Below, in pieces: positions 7,453 to 17,460 of a DNA stretch of 64,000 nucleotides. This DNA is from Candidatus Magasanikiibacteriota bacterium. GTDB lineage: Bacteria > Patescibacteriota > Patescibacteriia > Magasanikbacterales > UBA922. The position numbers and the translations under genes are program-made. Under the pieces are notes generated by a model. It was not told the DNA's origin, ran no database searches, and saw only the letters and a list, made by a program, of their open reading frames with translations. Position 1 is the first letter of the stretch. Each line of letters opens with the position of its first letter. The stretch lies in contig JABIEQ010000011.1 of the NCBI GenBank assembly GCA_018651085.1, forward strand, positions 3,563 to 67,562. The letters run 5' to 3'.

Positions 7453-10326
7453 TTAGCTTCCATGGCATTTTTTGTACTTTTTTCCACTTCCACAAGGACA
7501 AGGATCGTTTCTTCCTACTTTTTTTCCTTCCTCGTCTCGGGCTCTTTCTATCACTTTACCATTTTGTGTACTCTTTTTTGCTCCTTGAAGTGTCATCTTA
7601 TCGTTTGCCATGATTGATGGAGCAACTTGAAGACCAATGCCTACTTTGAAAAATGAATATACTACTTCTTTTTGGATACTTGAAAGTAGTTCATTAAACA
7701 AATGAAATGTTTCTTTTTTATATTCAATTAATGGATCTCGTTGTCCATATCCGCGTAACCCAATCCCAGCACGAAGATGGTTAATAGCAACGAGATGATT
7801 TACCCATAGGGTGTCAATTGCTCGAAGAAGTACTCCCTTTTCTATCTGATAGACTACTTCATGAGCCTTTTCTTCTTCAAGTTCATTCTCCTTTGCGACT
7901 TGTTTTAAATGCTCTTCAAAAGCACTATATTGTGTTTGTGCTTTTTCAATCATCATTGAAACAATCTTTTCTCTTGCTTCTACTTGTGCCAATTTGGTTT
8001 CTCCTGGTTTTTCTATTGCAAGCAGTGTTTCTTTTTCTTCTTCGGTAAAAGGAAAAATGGTTTTCATTGTTTCAAGAATTTCTTTTGTGTTCCACCCATT
8101 TTCTGATTCATTTTTTTGATCTCCTACCATCTCTGTGGTGTGATATGACACGACAAATTCAATTTCTGATTCAATCATTTCTAAAATCATCTCTTTAAGA
8201 GAACTGTATATTTTTTCTTTTACAGGACCTTCTTTTCCTTCATTTTCAATTTGTGCTTTTTCTTGTGCTTCTTTTTGTTTTTTGAGCATTTCCAATTGCC
8301 CTTCTGCAAGTGCAAGAATTTGTCGACGTCTTCCATAAATAACAGCTCGTTGTCTATTTAATACTTCATCGTACTCAAGAACATGCTTACGTACATCAAA
8401 ATGATGTCCTTCAACTTTCTTTTGAGCACCTTCTAGCATTCGTGTAATAAGCCGTTGTTCAATTGGCATATCGTCTGGAACGTTCATTCTGTCCATTGCT
8501 GACTTTAGTCTGTCTCCAGCAAATACACGCATCAAATCATCATCAGTTGAAACGAAGAACTGTGTTTCTCCTGGATCTCCTTGTCGTGCTGACCGTCCTC
8601 GAAGCTGATTATCAATCCGACGAGATTCGTGCCGCTCTGATCCTAAGACAAACAACCCACCAGCATTCACTACTTTGTCGTAGGCTTCTTTTGACGCTGG
8701 AATTCCCCCTAACTTAATATCAACTCCACGACCAGCAATATTTGTTGCAAGGGTCACAGAACCTGATCTTCCAGCTTGTGCAATAATTTCTCCTTCACGT
8801 TCGTGGTTTTTCGCATTTAGTATTTCATGCTCTACCCCATTTTGGGTCAAATACATACCGAGTTCTTCATTTTTTTCAACGGAAATAGTACCAACAAGTA
8901 CAGGCTGTCCTTTTTCTCTTGCTTCATTAATTTTTTGTATGATTGCCTTATGCTTTCCTGTATCTGTTTTATAAATTCTGTCAGGATGATCTACCCTTTT
9001 ATCAATTTCATTTGTCGGGATAACAATGACATCAAGATCATAAATCTTTTGAAATTCTTCTTCTTCAGTCACGGCAGTACCAGTCATTCCTGCAAGCTTC
9101 CCGTACATGCGAAATAAATTTTGAAACGTAATGGTTGCAAGTGTTTTACTTTCTCTTTTAATGGGCATGCCTTCTTTTGCTTCAATGGCTTGGTGTAGTC
9201 CACCTGAGTATCGTCGACCTGGCATTTTTCGTCCAGTAAATGAATCGATGATAACTACGTCTTCGCCTTCAACTACGTAGTCTTTATCTCGTTTAAACAA
9301 TGTTTCCGCTTTTAATGCTTGTTCTACGTGATGCACCATTTGAATACCACCTTCAGCATAAATATTATCTACTCCAAGGGCTTGTTCAAACTTTCTAATT
9401 CCTTCTTCAGTAAGCGTTGCGCTTCGTAATTTTTCGTCAACATTATAATCAGTTGCCTCATCAAGCTGAGTTACTAATCTTGCATATCTATAATATTGAT
9501 CAGTTGCTTCTTCTGCTGGTGCTGAAATAATAAGTGGGGTTCTTGATTCATCAATTAAAATAGAATCGATTTCATCGATTACGGCAAAATGCGTTTCATC
9601 TCCACTTCTCATGACCATCTGTTCAATCTTTTGAACCATGTTATCTCGAAGATAATCAAACCCAAATTCATTATTTGTTCCGTAGGTAATGTCACATTCA
9701 TACGCTTCCTTTCTTTCTGATGGACGAAGGTATGCATCTTCTACTTTAAAACTTCCAAGTTCATCTCTTTTTTGATCGGCTTCTTCTCCCTCTCCTGTCT
9801 TTTCTTTAGAAAATGCAGGGTCATACACATAACTTACTCGTTGGTTTTGAATAATTCCAACACGTAATCCTAAAAAGTCATAAATTTGTCCCATCCATAC
9901 GGCATCTCTTTTTGCAAGATAATCGTTTACCGTAATAACATGAATTCCTTTTCCTTCAAGCGCATTAAGATACACAGGAAGTGTTGCCACCAATGTCTTT
10001 CCTTCTCCGGTTCTCATTTCTGCAATTTTTCCTTGATGAATAACGGTTCCTCCAATGAGTTGCACATCATAGTGACGCATGCCCATGATTCTTACAGCCA
10101 CTTCTCGTACTGTTGCAAAGGCATCAACAAGAATGTCGTCTAATGTTTCACCTTTTTCTAATCGTGCTTTGAATTCTGCTGTTTTTCCTTTGAGTTCTTC
10201 GTCTGATAATGCTTGCATGTCTTTTTCCTTTGCATTCACAGCATTAACAATAGCATCCATTTTTTTCAGGCTTTTTTCGTTCGGGTCACCGAACACTTTG
10301 TTATAGACTTTTTTGAGATTACTCAT
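7453..10326 (-). CDS. secA: Preprotein translocase ATPase SecA
   Basis: EMRTGEGKT, DEIDSILIDE, RRIDNQLRGR, C-terminal GRNDPCPCGSGKKYKKCH. Confidence 0.98.
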   Translation of the reverse strand: MSNLKKVYNKVFGDPNEKSLKKMDAIVNAVNAKEKDMQALSDEELKGKTAEFKARLEKGETLDDILVDAFATVREVAVRIMGMRHYDVQLIGGTVIHQGKIAEMRTGEGKTLVATLPVYLNALEGKGIHVITVNDYLAKRDAVWMGQIYDFLGLRVGIIQNQRVSYVYDPAFSKEKTGEGEEADQKRDELGSFKVEDAYLRPSERKEAYECDITYGTNNEFGFDYLRDNMVQKIEQMVMRSGDETHFAVIDEIDSILIDESRTPLIISAPAEEATDQYYRYARLVTQLDEATDYNVDEKLRSATLTEEGIRKFEQALGVDNIYAEGGIQMVHHVEQALKAETLFKRDKDYVVEGEDVVIIDSFTGRKMPGRRYSGGLHQAIEAKEGMPIKRESKTLATITFQNLFRMYGKLAGMTGTAVTEEEEFQKIYDLDVIVIPTNEIDKRVDHPDRIYKTDTGKHKAIIQKINEAREKGQPVLVGTISVEKNEELGMYLTQNGVEHEILNAKNHEREGEIIAQAGRSGSVTLATNIAGRGVDIKLGGIPASKEAYDKVVNAGGLFVLGSERHESRRIDNQLRGRSARQGDPGETQFFVSTDDDLMRVFAGDRLKSAMDRMNVPDDMPIEQRLITRMLEGAQKKVEGHHFDVRKHVLEYDEVLNRQRAVIYGRRRQILALAEGQLEMLKKQKEAQEKAQIENEGKEGPVKEKIYSSLKEMILEMIESEIEFVVSYHTTEMVGDQKNESENGWNTKEILETMKTIFPFTEEEKETLLAIEKPGETKLAQVEAREKIVSMMIEKAQTQYSAFEEHLKQVAKENELEEEKAHEVVYQIEKGVLLRAIDTLWVNHLVAINHLRAGIGLRGYGQRDPLIEYKKETFHLFNELLSSIQKEVVYSFFKVGIGLQVAPSIMANDKMTLQGAKKSTQNGKVIERARDEEGKKVGRNDPCPCGSGKKYKKCHGS

Positions 10327-10386
10327 AGCTACATCTTGATATAAAACGGCTCTATTCTATCATAAGCCCCCTCTTATGTCTACCGT

Positions 10387-10416
10387 TTGCCTATTCTCTT
10401 TTTTTTAGGTTATACT
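10387..10416 (+). promoter_or_regulatory. sigma70 promoter TTGCCT-18-TATACT
   Basis: Directly upstream of SD AAGGAGGA at 10433-10440. Confidence 0.6.
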
Positions 10417-10446
10417 CCTTTACGAACCCCCTAAGGAGGATTCACC

Positions 10447-10563
10447 GTGGACGATGAAGAACGTCAAAAAGCAGAGCAAGAGCTTAATGAAGTAGTGTGG
10501 TATCCTGCCGCCCTCATTTTGGCCATTGCGAGCCTTTTGTTCCTTCTTGAACTCTTCTGGTGA
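10447..10563 (+). CDS. 38-aa single-TM small protein (GC-rich unit 2; not in ORF track): MDDEERQKAEQELNEVVWYPAALILAIASLLFLLELFW
   Basis: Promoter, SD AAGGAGGA 6 nt before GTG, TGA stop, downstream hairpin and terminator. Confidence 0.75.
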   Translation: MDDEERQKAEQELNEVVWYPAALILAIASLLFLLELFW

Positions 10564-10602
10564 GTGGACGCCTTGAGGAAGCGTCCCCACCCAATAAACT
10601 AC

Positions 10603-10632
10603 ATACACCGCCAGAGAGGCGGTGTATTTTTT
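10603..10632 (+). terminator. Intrinsic terminator
   Basis: atacaccgcc-agaga-ggcggtgtat followed by T-run. Confidence 0.8.
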
Positions 10633-10641
10633 ATTTCTTGT

Positions 10642-13440
10642 TTAAGTATTCAATATATTTAAATTAGGGTATTTCTTTTGCAAGGATATTTTCTCTTCAT
10701 GAGGTAGACTACGAAGGTCAAGATTCTGACCAACATCTCCAAAGGTTACGCCTTCCAGGCTCGTTATACTACGAAGGTTAAGACTTCCACCAACATCTGA
10801 CAAGGTTACACCTTCCAGACTGGTTATACTACGAAGGTCAAGATTTCCACCAACATCTGGCAAGGTTACACCTTCTAGACTGGTTATACTGCCAAGGTAA
10901 AGATTTCCATCAACATCTGGCAAGGTTACACCTTCCAGGCTTGTTATGCTGTTAAGGTAAAGATCCCTACCAACATCTCCAAAAGTCACACCTTCCAGGC
11001 TCGTTATGCTGTTAAGGTAAAGACTTCCACCAACATCTGGCAAGGTTACACCTTCCAGACTGGTTATACTGTCAAGGTAAAGACTTCCACCAACACCTGG
11101 TAAGGTTACACCTTCGAGGCTTGTTATGCTGTTAAGGTAAAGATCCCTACCAACATTTCCAAAAGTCACACCTTCCAGACTGGTTATACTACGAAGGTTA
11201 AGATCCCTACCAACATCTGGCAAGGTTACGCCTTCCAGGCTCGTTATACTGCGAAGGTCAAGACTCCCACCAACATCTCCAAAGGTTACACCTTCCAGGC
11301 TCGTTATGCTGTTAAGGTAAAAATTTCCACCAACATCTGGCAAGGTTACACCTTCTAGGCTGGTTATACTACGAAGGTCAAGATTTCCACCAACATCTGG
11401 TAAGGTTACACCTTCCAGGCTTGTTATGCTGTTAAGGCTAAGATCCCCACCAACATTTCCAAAAGTCACACCTTCCAGACTGGTTATACTACGAAGGTTA
11501 AGATCCCTACCAACATCTGGCAAGGTTACGCCTTCCAGGCTGGTTATACTGCCAAGGTAAAGATTTCCACCAATATCTGGCAAGATTACACCTTCCAGGC
11601 TGGTTATACTGTTAAGGTAAAGATCCCCACCAACATCTGACAAGGTTACACCTTCTAGGCTGGTTATACTACGAAGGTCAAGATTTCCACCAACATCTGG
11701 CAAGGTTACACCTTCTAGACTGGTTATACTGCGAAGGTCAAGATTCCCATCAACATCTGGCAAGGTTACACCTTCTAGACTGGTTATACTGCGAAGGTCA
11801 AGATTCCCATAGTGAAATAATGTATCTCCATTAAGTGCTTCGTTGTGGGTCGTAGATATTTTATCTTTTGTCATTTCGGGATACTTGGTTTGCAAGGCAA
11901 AGGCTAAATCTTCTTTTATATCAATTCCTCTATCTCGTCTGTTATCAATTATTTCTTGGACACGTGAATCTCTTCCATAACCAAACCCTTGTACTTTTTC
12001 ATTAATCTCATAAAGAAAAGTAAGATCTTGTGGAGAAAGTGGCTCGGTTGCTTGATGTCGTTTATATATATCGGTCAATTGCTTCATATCAGCATCTTTC
12101 TTTTGATACACATCTCCATCTGGAAATTCAGTAAGTTTGTTTCCTAAAATAGCAGTCTTTGCCATGTACGAATCAATATTTTGCTTTACTGCGCGACCAC
12201 GAACCTCTGCAATATTATTACCTTTCATACGTATCGCTAAACGTGGAATAGTTGCTTCATTATTTTCGTCTTCAGAATAATATACATGAAAGTCACCTGC
12301 AGCAACTTGAGACGAAGCAAATCCTTCCCCAGCTGTACACCATCCAGTTCCTTTGCCTTGTAAAGAATCAACCAATTTCATATGATCAGATCCTTTGGGA
12401 TATGTTACCCAAGTACCTTTTGTAACTTGTAAAACAGACTCATCTATCTCAACTAATTGTTTAAAGGCTTCGTTATACAATGTACGAAAATCTGTATGAG
12501 AAAGGAGTTCCTCAATGTCTTCGAGAGGTTTGTCTATATCTTCATACCCAAGCATTTTCTTTTGCCTTTCTTCAAGTACCTCTAACTTTTGTGAAAATTT
12601 TTCTATTTCTTTATTACGATCACTTTCATCTTCTGGAAGACGTTCTAAAAGACGTCTGTCCTTACTAATACCTTTTTCTAGCGCTGCTTTTGTTTTGGTT
12701 TGTATCCCTTCTTTTTGTAGTAATCCTTCTTTTTTTGTAATACCACTGTTAATATTGTCATAGGAACGTAATCTATCTAATTGTCTTTTTACATCATTTT
12801 TCTCTTCAAGTAATGAAATATATTCTTTACTAAATTGTGATTGTAAAAGTTCCATAGCATAAACCAGAGCCTCTTGGTTTAACTCTGGATATGGAGCTAC
12901 AGTGTCTTTTGATCGAGGAATAAAAGTATCACTATTTTGTGCCTCAGGGTCTCCTGCATCAGGGTTTCGTCTTAATTTTTTCATCCCTTCAAAAGCCCAA
13001 TATTTGAGCCACACAGGGTACCCTTCTGCATCTGAAGAAGAAAAATAATTGATCCAATAATCTAAACTTGCACGCTGATCTCTTCCAATAACTTCTCCAG
13101 CTTGTGAACGCAATTCCGGAGTAATCTCTGGAATTTCTCTCCCCTCATTACGTGCTACTCGTTGTTGTTGAACAAAAAAACTATCAGGCACATCTTTTGC
13201 TTTCATAACATACAGCTCATGGGCTGCTTGTTTCATCCGTGTTACTACTTCTTGATCTGTTTTTGCATCTTCCAAAATATCTTGCCACATCTGTAACCAG
13301 CCCTCAATCTTTTTTCTTGGTTGTTCTTCCTTCTTTTCCTGTCGTTCTTCACGTTGCCATTGAAGATGTTCTATGATTGGCTCCTTATGAAGTGATGGAT
13401 CTTGCTGATGCAAAAAATGCTCTGGATTTCTTGGTCGCAT
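10642..13440 (-). CDS. 932-aa protein: CPR-type N-terminal domain (GTGWCTAG motif) plus C-terminal 20-aa leucine-rich repeats
   Basis: ORF translation; repeat unit NLDLRSITSLEGVTLPDVGG. Confidence 0.85.
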   Translation of the reverse strand: MRPRNPEHFLHQQDPSLHKEPIIEHLQWQREERQEKKEEQPRKKIEGWLQMWQDILEDAKTDQEVVTRMKQAAHELYVMKAKDVPDSFFVQQQRVARNEGREIPEITPELRSQAGEVIGRDQRASLDYWINYFSSSDAEGYPVWLKYWAFEGMKKLRRNPDAGDPEAQNSDTFIPRSKDTVAPYPELNQEALVYAMELLQSQFSKEYISLLEEKNDVKRQLDRLRSYDNINSGITKKEGLLQKEGIQTKTKAALEKGISKDRRLLERLPEDESDRNKEIEKFSQKLEVLEERQKKMLGYEDIDKPLEDIEELLSHTDFRTLYNEAFKQLVEIDESVLQVTKGTWVTYPKGSDHMKLVDSLQGKGTGWCTAGEGFASSQVAAGDFHVYYSEDENNEATIPRLAIRMKGNNIAEVRGRAVKQNIDSYMAKTAILGNKLTEFPDGDVYQKKDADMKQLTDIYKRHQATEPLSPQDLTFLYEINEKVQGFGYGRDSRVQEIIDNRRDRGIDIKEDLAFALQTKYPEMTKDKISTTHNEALNGDTLFHYGNLDLRSITSLEGVTLPDVDGNLDLRSITSLEGVTLPDVGGNLDLRSITSLEGVTLSDVGGDLYLNSITSLEGVILPDIGGNLYLGSITSLEGVTLPDVGRDLNLRSITSLEGVTFGNVGGDLSLNSITSLEGVTLPDVGGNLDLRSITSLEGVTLPDVGGNFYLNSITSLEGVTFGDVGGSLDLRSITSLEGVTLPDVGRDLNLRSITSLEGVTFGNVGRDLYLNSITSLEGVTLPGVGGSLYLDSITSLEGVTLPDVGGSLYLNSITSLEGVTFGDVGRDLYLNSITSLEGVTLPDVDGNLYLGSITSLEGVTLPDVGGNLDLRSITSLEGVTLSDVGGSLNLRSITSLEGVTFGDVGQNLDLRSLPHEEKISLQKKYPNLNILNT
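10708..11810 (-). repeat. About 18 tandem 60-bp coding repeats (LRR)
   Basis: Successive 60-nt lines 10741-11761 are near-identical; 11161-11220 equals 11461-11520. Confidence 0.97.
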
Positions 13441-13470
13441 AAAACAAATATTATCTAACGTGTAAGACTC

Positions 13471-13986
13471 TTAACCTTTTCTATCTACGCCGTAATAATT
13501 TAGCGATAGTTCGTACCAGAGGGTTATACCAAGTAATGTGGGCGTTGCGACAAATCCTCCATGCCACAAATCTACAAACCATCCAATGACTAACGCAAGT
13601 AATACCTTTACCCAAATTTCTTTTGATATAAGAGGTCTTCTTTTTCCAACGAGGTCTTGTTCATTTTTTCCCATGATAAGAAATCCAATCATAAGTGTTC
13701 TATACACAGCCATTACTCCCTGTTGAGAAGCCACTACTCTTTTTTCTTTACTTGTAAATGATGGTACAAGAAAACGGATGACAATAAGACACACTACAAA
13801 AGCCACAAGAAGAATGAGCCATACTGGAAACACTCCACCGGGTCTTAAAAGAAACGTTACTAGTGTACTTTCACTAAATGGACCAATAAACAAATATAAT
13901 CCAAATGCTATACCAAACCAAGCTATAATAGTAACCACAAAAGAAAAAAGTGTCACACCAAGTGTTTCATTTGTCTTTGCATTCAT
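13471..13986 (-). CDS. Multi-pass membrane hypothetical protein
   Basis: About 4 hydrophobic segments; start placed at ATG 13986 right after hpf stop. Confidence 0.7.
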   Translation of the reverse strand: MNAKTNETLGVTLFSFVVTIIAWFGIAFGLYLFIGPFSESTLVTFLLRPGGVFPVWLILLVAFVVCLIVIRFLVPSFTSKEKRVVASQQGVMAVYRTLMIGFLIMGKNEQDLVGKRRPLISKEIWVKVLLALVIGWFVDLWHGGFVATPTLLGITLWYELSLNYYGVDRKG

Positions 13987-13987
13987 A

Positions 13988-14335
13988 TTACTCTGATTGG
14001 TACGCTTTTTGTTCTCTAATATTTTCACGCTCTTTGTGACGCATGTGTCCTTTCACTTTTTCAAATTCCACTTTTAGATGATCTCGTACTTTATCTATTG
14101 ATTTATACAAACTCTCGGCATCTTTTGACATGTATATTTTCTTTTTAGGAAGATGGACGTTTGCTTCTGTATAAAATATTTTCCCTTGTTTGTGATGGTT
14201 TGATCGCATTCCAACAGTTACATCTATTTGTGTAATATTATCAAAGTACTTTTCAAGACTACTCATTTTTTCTTCTGCATACTGTTTAATTGCATCTGTC
14301 ATATCTACACCTTTCGCTTGAATTGCAAGTATCAT
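13988..14335 (-). CDS. hpf: Ribosome hibernation promoting factor (HPF/RaiA)
   Basis: TDAIKQYAEEK...LEKYF...DAESLYKSID pattern. Confidence 0.88.
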   Translation of the reverse strand: MILAIQAKGVDMTDAIKQYAEEKMSSLEKYFDNITQIDVTVGMRSNHHKQGKIFYTEANVHLPKKKIYMSKDAESLYKSIDKVRDHLKVEFEKVKGHMRHKERENIREQKAYQSE

Positions 14336-14368
14336 ATAGTAAGTCTATAAGAATTAAATAACATGTTT

Positions 14369-15316
14369 TTATACTCGTTGTATCTCTTCTTCTAGAGAAA
14401 TACTATAGGTATCATACACCTTTTGTTTAATCTCATCAATAAGTTTTTCTACATCTTCTGCTCGTGCATTTCCAGTGTTCACAATAAAATTCCCATGACG
14501 TTCACTTACCTTTGCTCCTCCGATTTCTTTTCCTTTTAATCCCACTTTTTCTACTAACCACCCTGCTGGTATTTTTTTATTTTTAAGGAACTCTTCTGGA
14601 ACACCAAGATCTTTAAGCGCGTCATGTCTATCATCTTTCACTTCATGGTTTTTAAATATACATCCAGTTGAGGCATGCCCTTGTGGTTGCGTGCTATTTC
14701 TGTACGCAAGATACTCCATGGCTTGTTTTAATCCTGTCGCGTTCTCCCCTTTTTCTAGTGTTATTGTGACTCGTAAAATAACGTCACTATTATGTTTAAA
14801 AATAGTATCTCTATATTGAAAGGCAATGTCTTCTTTTTTTATGGTAGAGACTTCCCCATTTCTATACACCTCTACTGATTCCACGATATCTTTCATTTCT
14901 CCACCAGTAGCACCAGCGTTTCCTCGTACAGCACCACCAATTGATCCAGGAACCCCAACACCCCATTCAAACCCCGTAAGCCCTTCATCTATAGTCACTC
15001 GAGCAAGACCAACGGTTGTCATCCCCGCAGCGCTTGTTATGTGGTTACCTACGACAGTATGTGTTTTATCACTTATTTTTACAACGACTCCATCGAACCC
15101 TTCGTCAGCCACAAGCATGTTACTTCCTCCACCAAAAATCATATATGCTACCCCTTTTTCATCAAGGTACTGCAATAATTCAATAACCGCGTCTACTTTT
15201 TCGACGGTTATGAATATTTTTGCATTTCCACCAATTTTAAACGTAGTATGCTTTTGTAAAGGTTCATCTATTTTTACCTTTCCAAAGTGCTTTATTGTCT
15301 TATATATTTCTTCCAT
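14369..15316 (-). CDS. murB: UDP-N-acetylenolpyruvoylglucosamine reductase
   Basis: HTTFKIGG, GGGSN, PGSIGGAVRGNAGA, STGCIFKN, HGNFIVN. Confidence 0.95.
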   Translation of the reverse strand: MEEIYKTIKHFGKVKIDEPLQKHTTFKIGGNAKIFITVEKVDAVIELLQYLDEKGVAYMIFGGGSNMLVADEGFDGVVVKISDKTHTVVGNHITSAAGMTTVGLARVTIDEGLTGFEWGVGVPGSIGGAVRGNAGATGGEMKDIVESVEVYRNGEVSTIKKEDIAFQYRDTIFKHNSDVILRVTITLEKGENATGLKQAMEYLAYRNSTQPQGHASTGCIFKNHEVKDDRHDALKDLGVPEEFLKNKKIPAGWLVEKVGLKGKEIGGAKVSERHGNFIVNTGNARAEDVEKLIDEIKQKVYDTYSISLEEEIQRV

Positions 15317-15359
15317 AATTATTGCATTATTCATATTCTTCACGTATCATAACTGTGCT

Positions 15360-16577
15360 ATGAAACGTCTTTCTACTAAGCTTAATCAAACACCCGTTGT
15401 CTACGTTACCCGAGACATTGAACGGGCCCTTGGTCTTCCGGATACGGAAGGTTATTTTATTATCTCAAATGCAACCGAATTTGCCAAGGAGGTGGCTAAA
15501 AATAGAGCGCATATACTCCTTATTGAAGAAGAGACTATTCTTGATACTTGGCAGCTTCTTGAGCATGATAAGACCAATACATTCCTAAAGACTTTATCTT
15601 CTCAACGTATAGTTGTCTTTAAAAACACCCCACATATTGAACGTATTTGTGCTTCTAAACAATATAACCTTTTAAACCCAGCAGCAGATCTTGCTTTAAC
15701 TGTTGAAGCAAAAATTTCTCAAGTGTCTTGGCTTGGAGATCTTGCAACGTATCTTCCCCCATCTGAGATTCTTCTTGGAAAAGATCTTACGTATGCAGGT
15801 ACTCCTTTTATAGTACAATTTAATAGAACACACACTGGTGGCGGTACAATGCTGATTGAATCAGAAGATGATCTTATATCTATAAAGGAACGCTTTCCAA
15901 ATCGTGAGGTACGAAAAAGTACATATATTGAAGGGTACACTATTACTAGTAATAATGTTGTTTCAACATCTGATACCTTTATTGGAAACATTAGCTATCA
16001 AATCACCGGATTATCTCCATTTACTTCTCAACCATTTGCTACCATTGGAAATGATTGGGCCCTTCCACCTAACATTTTAACTGAAAAACAACTTGAACTT
16101 TATACTACTATGGTTAACGCTATAGGTATGAAACTCAAGGGTGCTGGCTGGAAAGGACTCTTTGGTGTTGATGCCCTTGTTTCTTCTAAAGATGGCGCTA
16201 TTTATCTTATTGAAATAAATGCACGTCAACCTGCCTCAACTACATTTGAAAGTGTGCTTCAAGAAGACTCTGGTTCTGTTACCATGTTTGCACTTCATTT
16301 AGCAGCATTACTTGATATTGATTCATCTTCTATGTCTCGAGCATCTCTTTCTTCTGGTGCTCAGATTATTTTAAGACAAAAAGAAGAACCTCTTTCCTCT
16401 GAAACTGTTATGCAGTATAAAGATACGCTTATTGAGGCCGGGTACACAGTCATGAGTTATCCTGGCACAAAGCCAGGGACAGATCTTTTACGGATTCAAA
16501 CAGAAACTTCTTTGATGGACGCACATAATGTCTTTTCACCTAAGGGAAACCAGATTATTGATATACTTTCTTTATGA
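15360..16577 (+). CDS. ATP-grasp fold protein (putative peptide ligase)
   Basis: HTGGGT loop, GLFGVD, YLIEINARQPAS; start ATG 15360 (the ORF-track extension is antisense to murB). Confidence 0.8.
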   Translation: MKRLSTKLNQTPVVYVTRDIERALGLPDTEGYFIISNATEFAKEVAKNRAHILLIEEETILDTWQLLEHDKTNTFLKTLSSQRIVVFKNTPHIERICASKQYNLLNPAADLALTVEAKISQVSWLGDLATYLPPSEILLGKDLTYAGTPFIVQFNRTHTGGGTMLIESEDDLISIKERFPNREVRKSTYIEGYTITSNNVVSTSDTFIGNISYQITGLSPFTSQPFATIGNDWALPPNILTEKQLELYTTMVNAIGMKLKGAGWKGLFGVDALVSSKDGAIYLIEINARQPASTTFESVLQEDSGSVTMFALHLAALLDIDSSSMSRASLSSGAQIILRQKEEPLSSETVMQYKDTLIEAGYTVMSYPGTKPGTDLLRIQTETSLMDAHNVFSPKGNQIIDILSL

Positions 16578-17359
16578 CAGATAAAAAAACTTTAACACCT
16601 GAAGCACTTTCGATTATTGATGCCTATAAGGGTTTGTCTTTTGGTGGAACATGTACTGTTTCAACACCGTACATGAATAACAAACGTCAACAAGTGCGTG
16701 CAGCTCTTCGTGTGTTGATTGGTAAAGGCTCTTCAGAAGAAATTGTTGAAGAGGCTACTCTTATTGCCTTACGTGAGAATACGGATCTTACAAAAATGAA
16801 TGAGAAAGACCTACGTACATTTCTTATTGACCATAACTTAGGTATTGATTGTTCTGGACTTGTGTATCACGTCCTTACTGCTGAATATCGTACACGATAC
16901 AAAAAATCTCTTTCAACAATACTCTCGTTTGTGTACGCAAAAAATATTATACGAAAAATGCTTAGTCGTTTTCGTCCAATTGAAAACACTAATGTGTCTA
17001 CACTTGCACACGAGAAAAATAGCACTCCTATTTTATTAAAAGATATCTCTCCAGGAGATCTTATTGCGGCTATTGAAGCAAAAGGCTTTGGTACTCCAAA
17101 TCACATTCTTATTGTTCATGAAGTTACCTATGTAGATAATCTCCTTTCTTCTTTTTCCTATACACATTCACTTCGATGGAAAACAGATGATACGTTAACT
17201 CATGGTGTGCGACAAGGAACAGTGACAATTATTAATGAAGATAAGTCTATCCTTGAACAACGTTGGGAAGAACAAGGCCATGTTGGTGAAAAAAATCAGA
17301 CGTTAGCTCTTTTATTATCTTCTAACGCCGTTTCTCTCTTACGGCTAAAACAAAAATAA
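16574..17359 (+). CDS. NlpC/P60-like papain-fold protein
   Basis: GIDCSGLV (Cys), SPGDLI, NHILIV (His), YTHS; ATGA overlap with upstream gene. Confidence 0.7.
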   Translation: MTDKKTLTPEALSIIDAYKGLSFGGTCTVSTPYMNNKRQQVRAALRVLIGKGSSEEIVEEATLIALRENTDLTKMNEKDLRTFLIDHNLGIDCSGLVYHVLTAEYRTRYKKSLSTILSFVYAKNIIRKMLSRFRPIENTNVSTLAHEKNSTPILLKDISPGDLIAAIEAKGFGTPNHILIVHEVTYVDNLLSSFSYTHSLRWKTDDTLTHGVRQGTVTIINEDKSILEQRWEEQGHVGEKNQTLALLLSSNAVSLLRLKQK

Positions 17360-17384
17360 TCTTGGATATCCAAGATTATTTTTT
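17352..17384. terminator. Bidirectional terminator
   Basis: aaaaataatcttgga-ta-tccaagattattttt. Confidence 0.7.
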
Positions 17385-17460
17385 ACTCACAGTATTCCTA
17401 TACTAGAAATTCTATGGGTACTCTGGAGTTCGCGACAGCGAACCGTTACCCCCTCCCTTA

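Noticed and set aside
10420-10608. 62-aa minus-strand ORF
   Set aside because: Antisense shadow of the SD-led 38-aa plus-strand ORF.
10708-11810. Possible CRISPR array or DGR variable region
   Set aside because: Repeats are contiguous, in frame and lack unique spacers. Some variable codons resemble AAC derivatives, but many changes are at non-A positions and no reverse transcriptase or template repeat is in the window.
14826-15359. N-terminal 178 aa of the 583-aa ORF
   Set aside because: Mostly antisense to murB; a promoter-like sequence places the start at ATG 15360.
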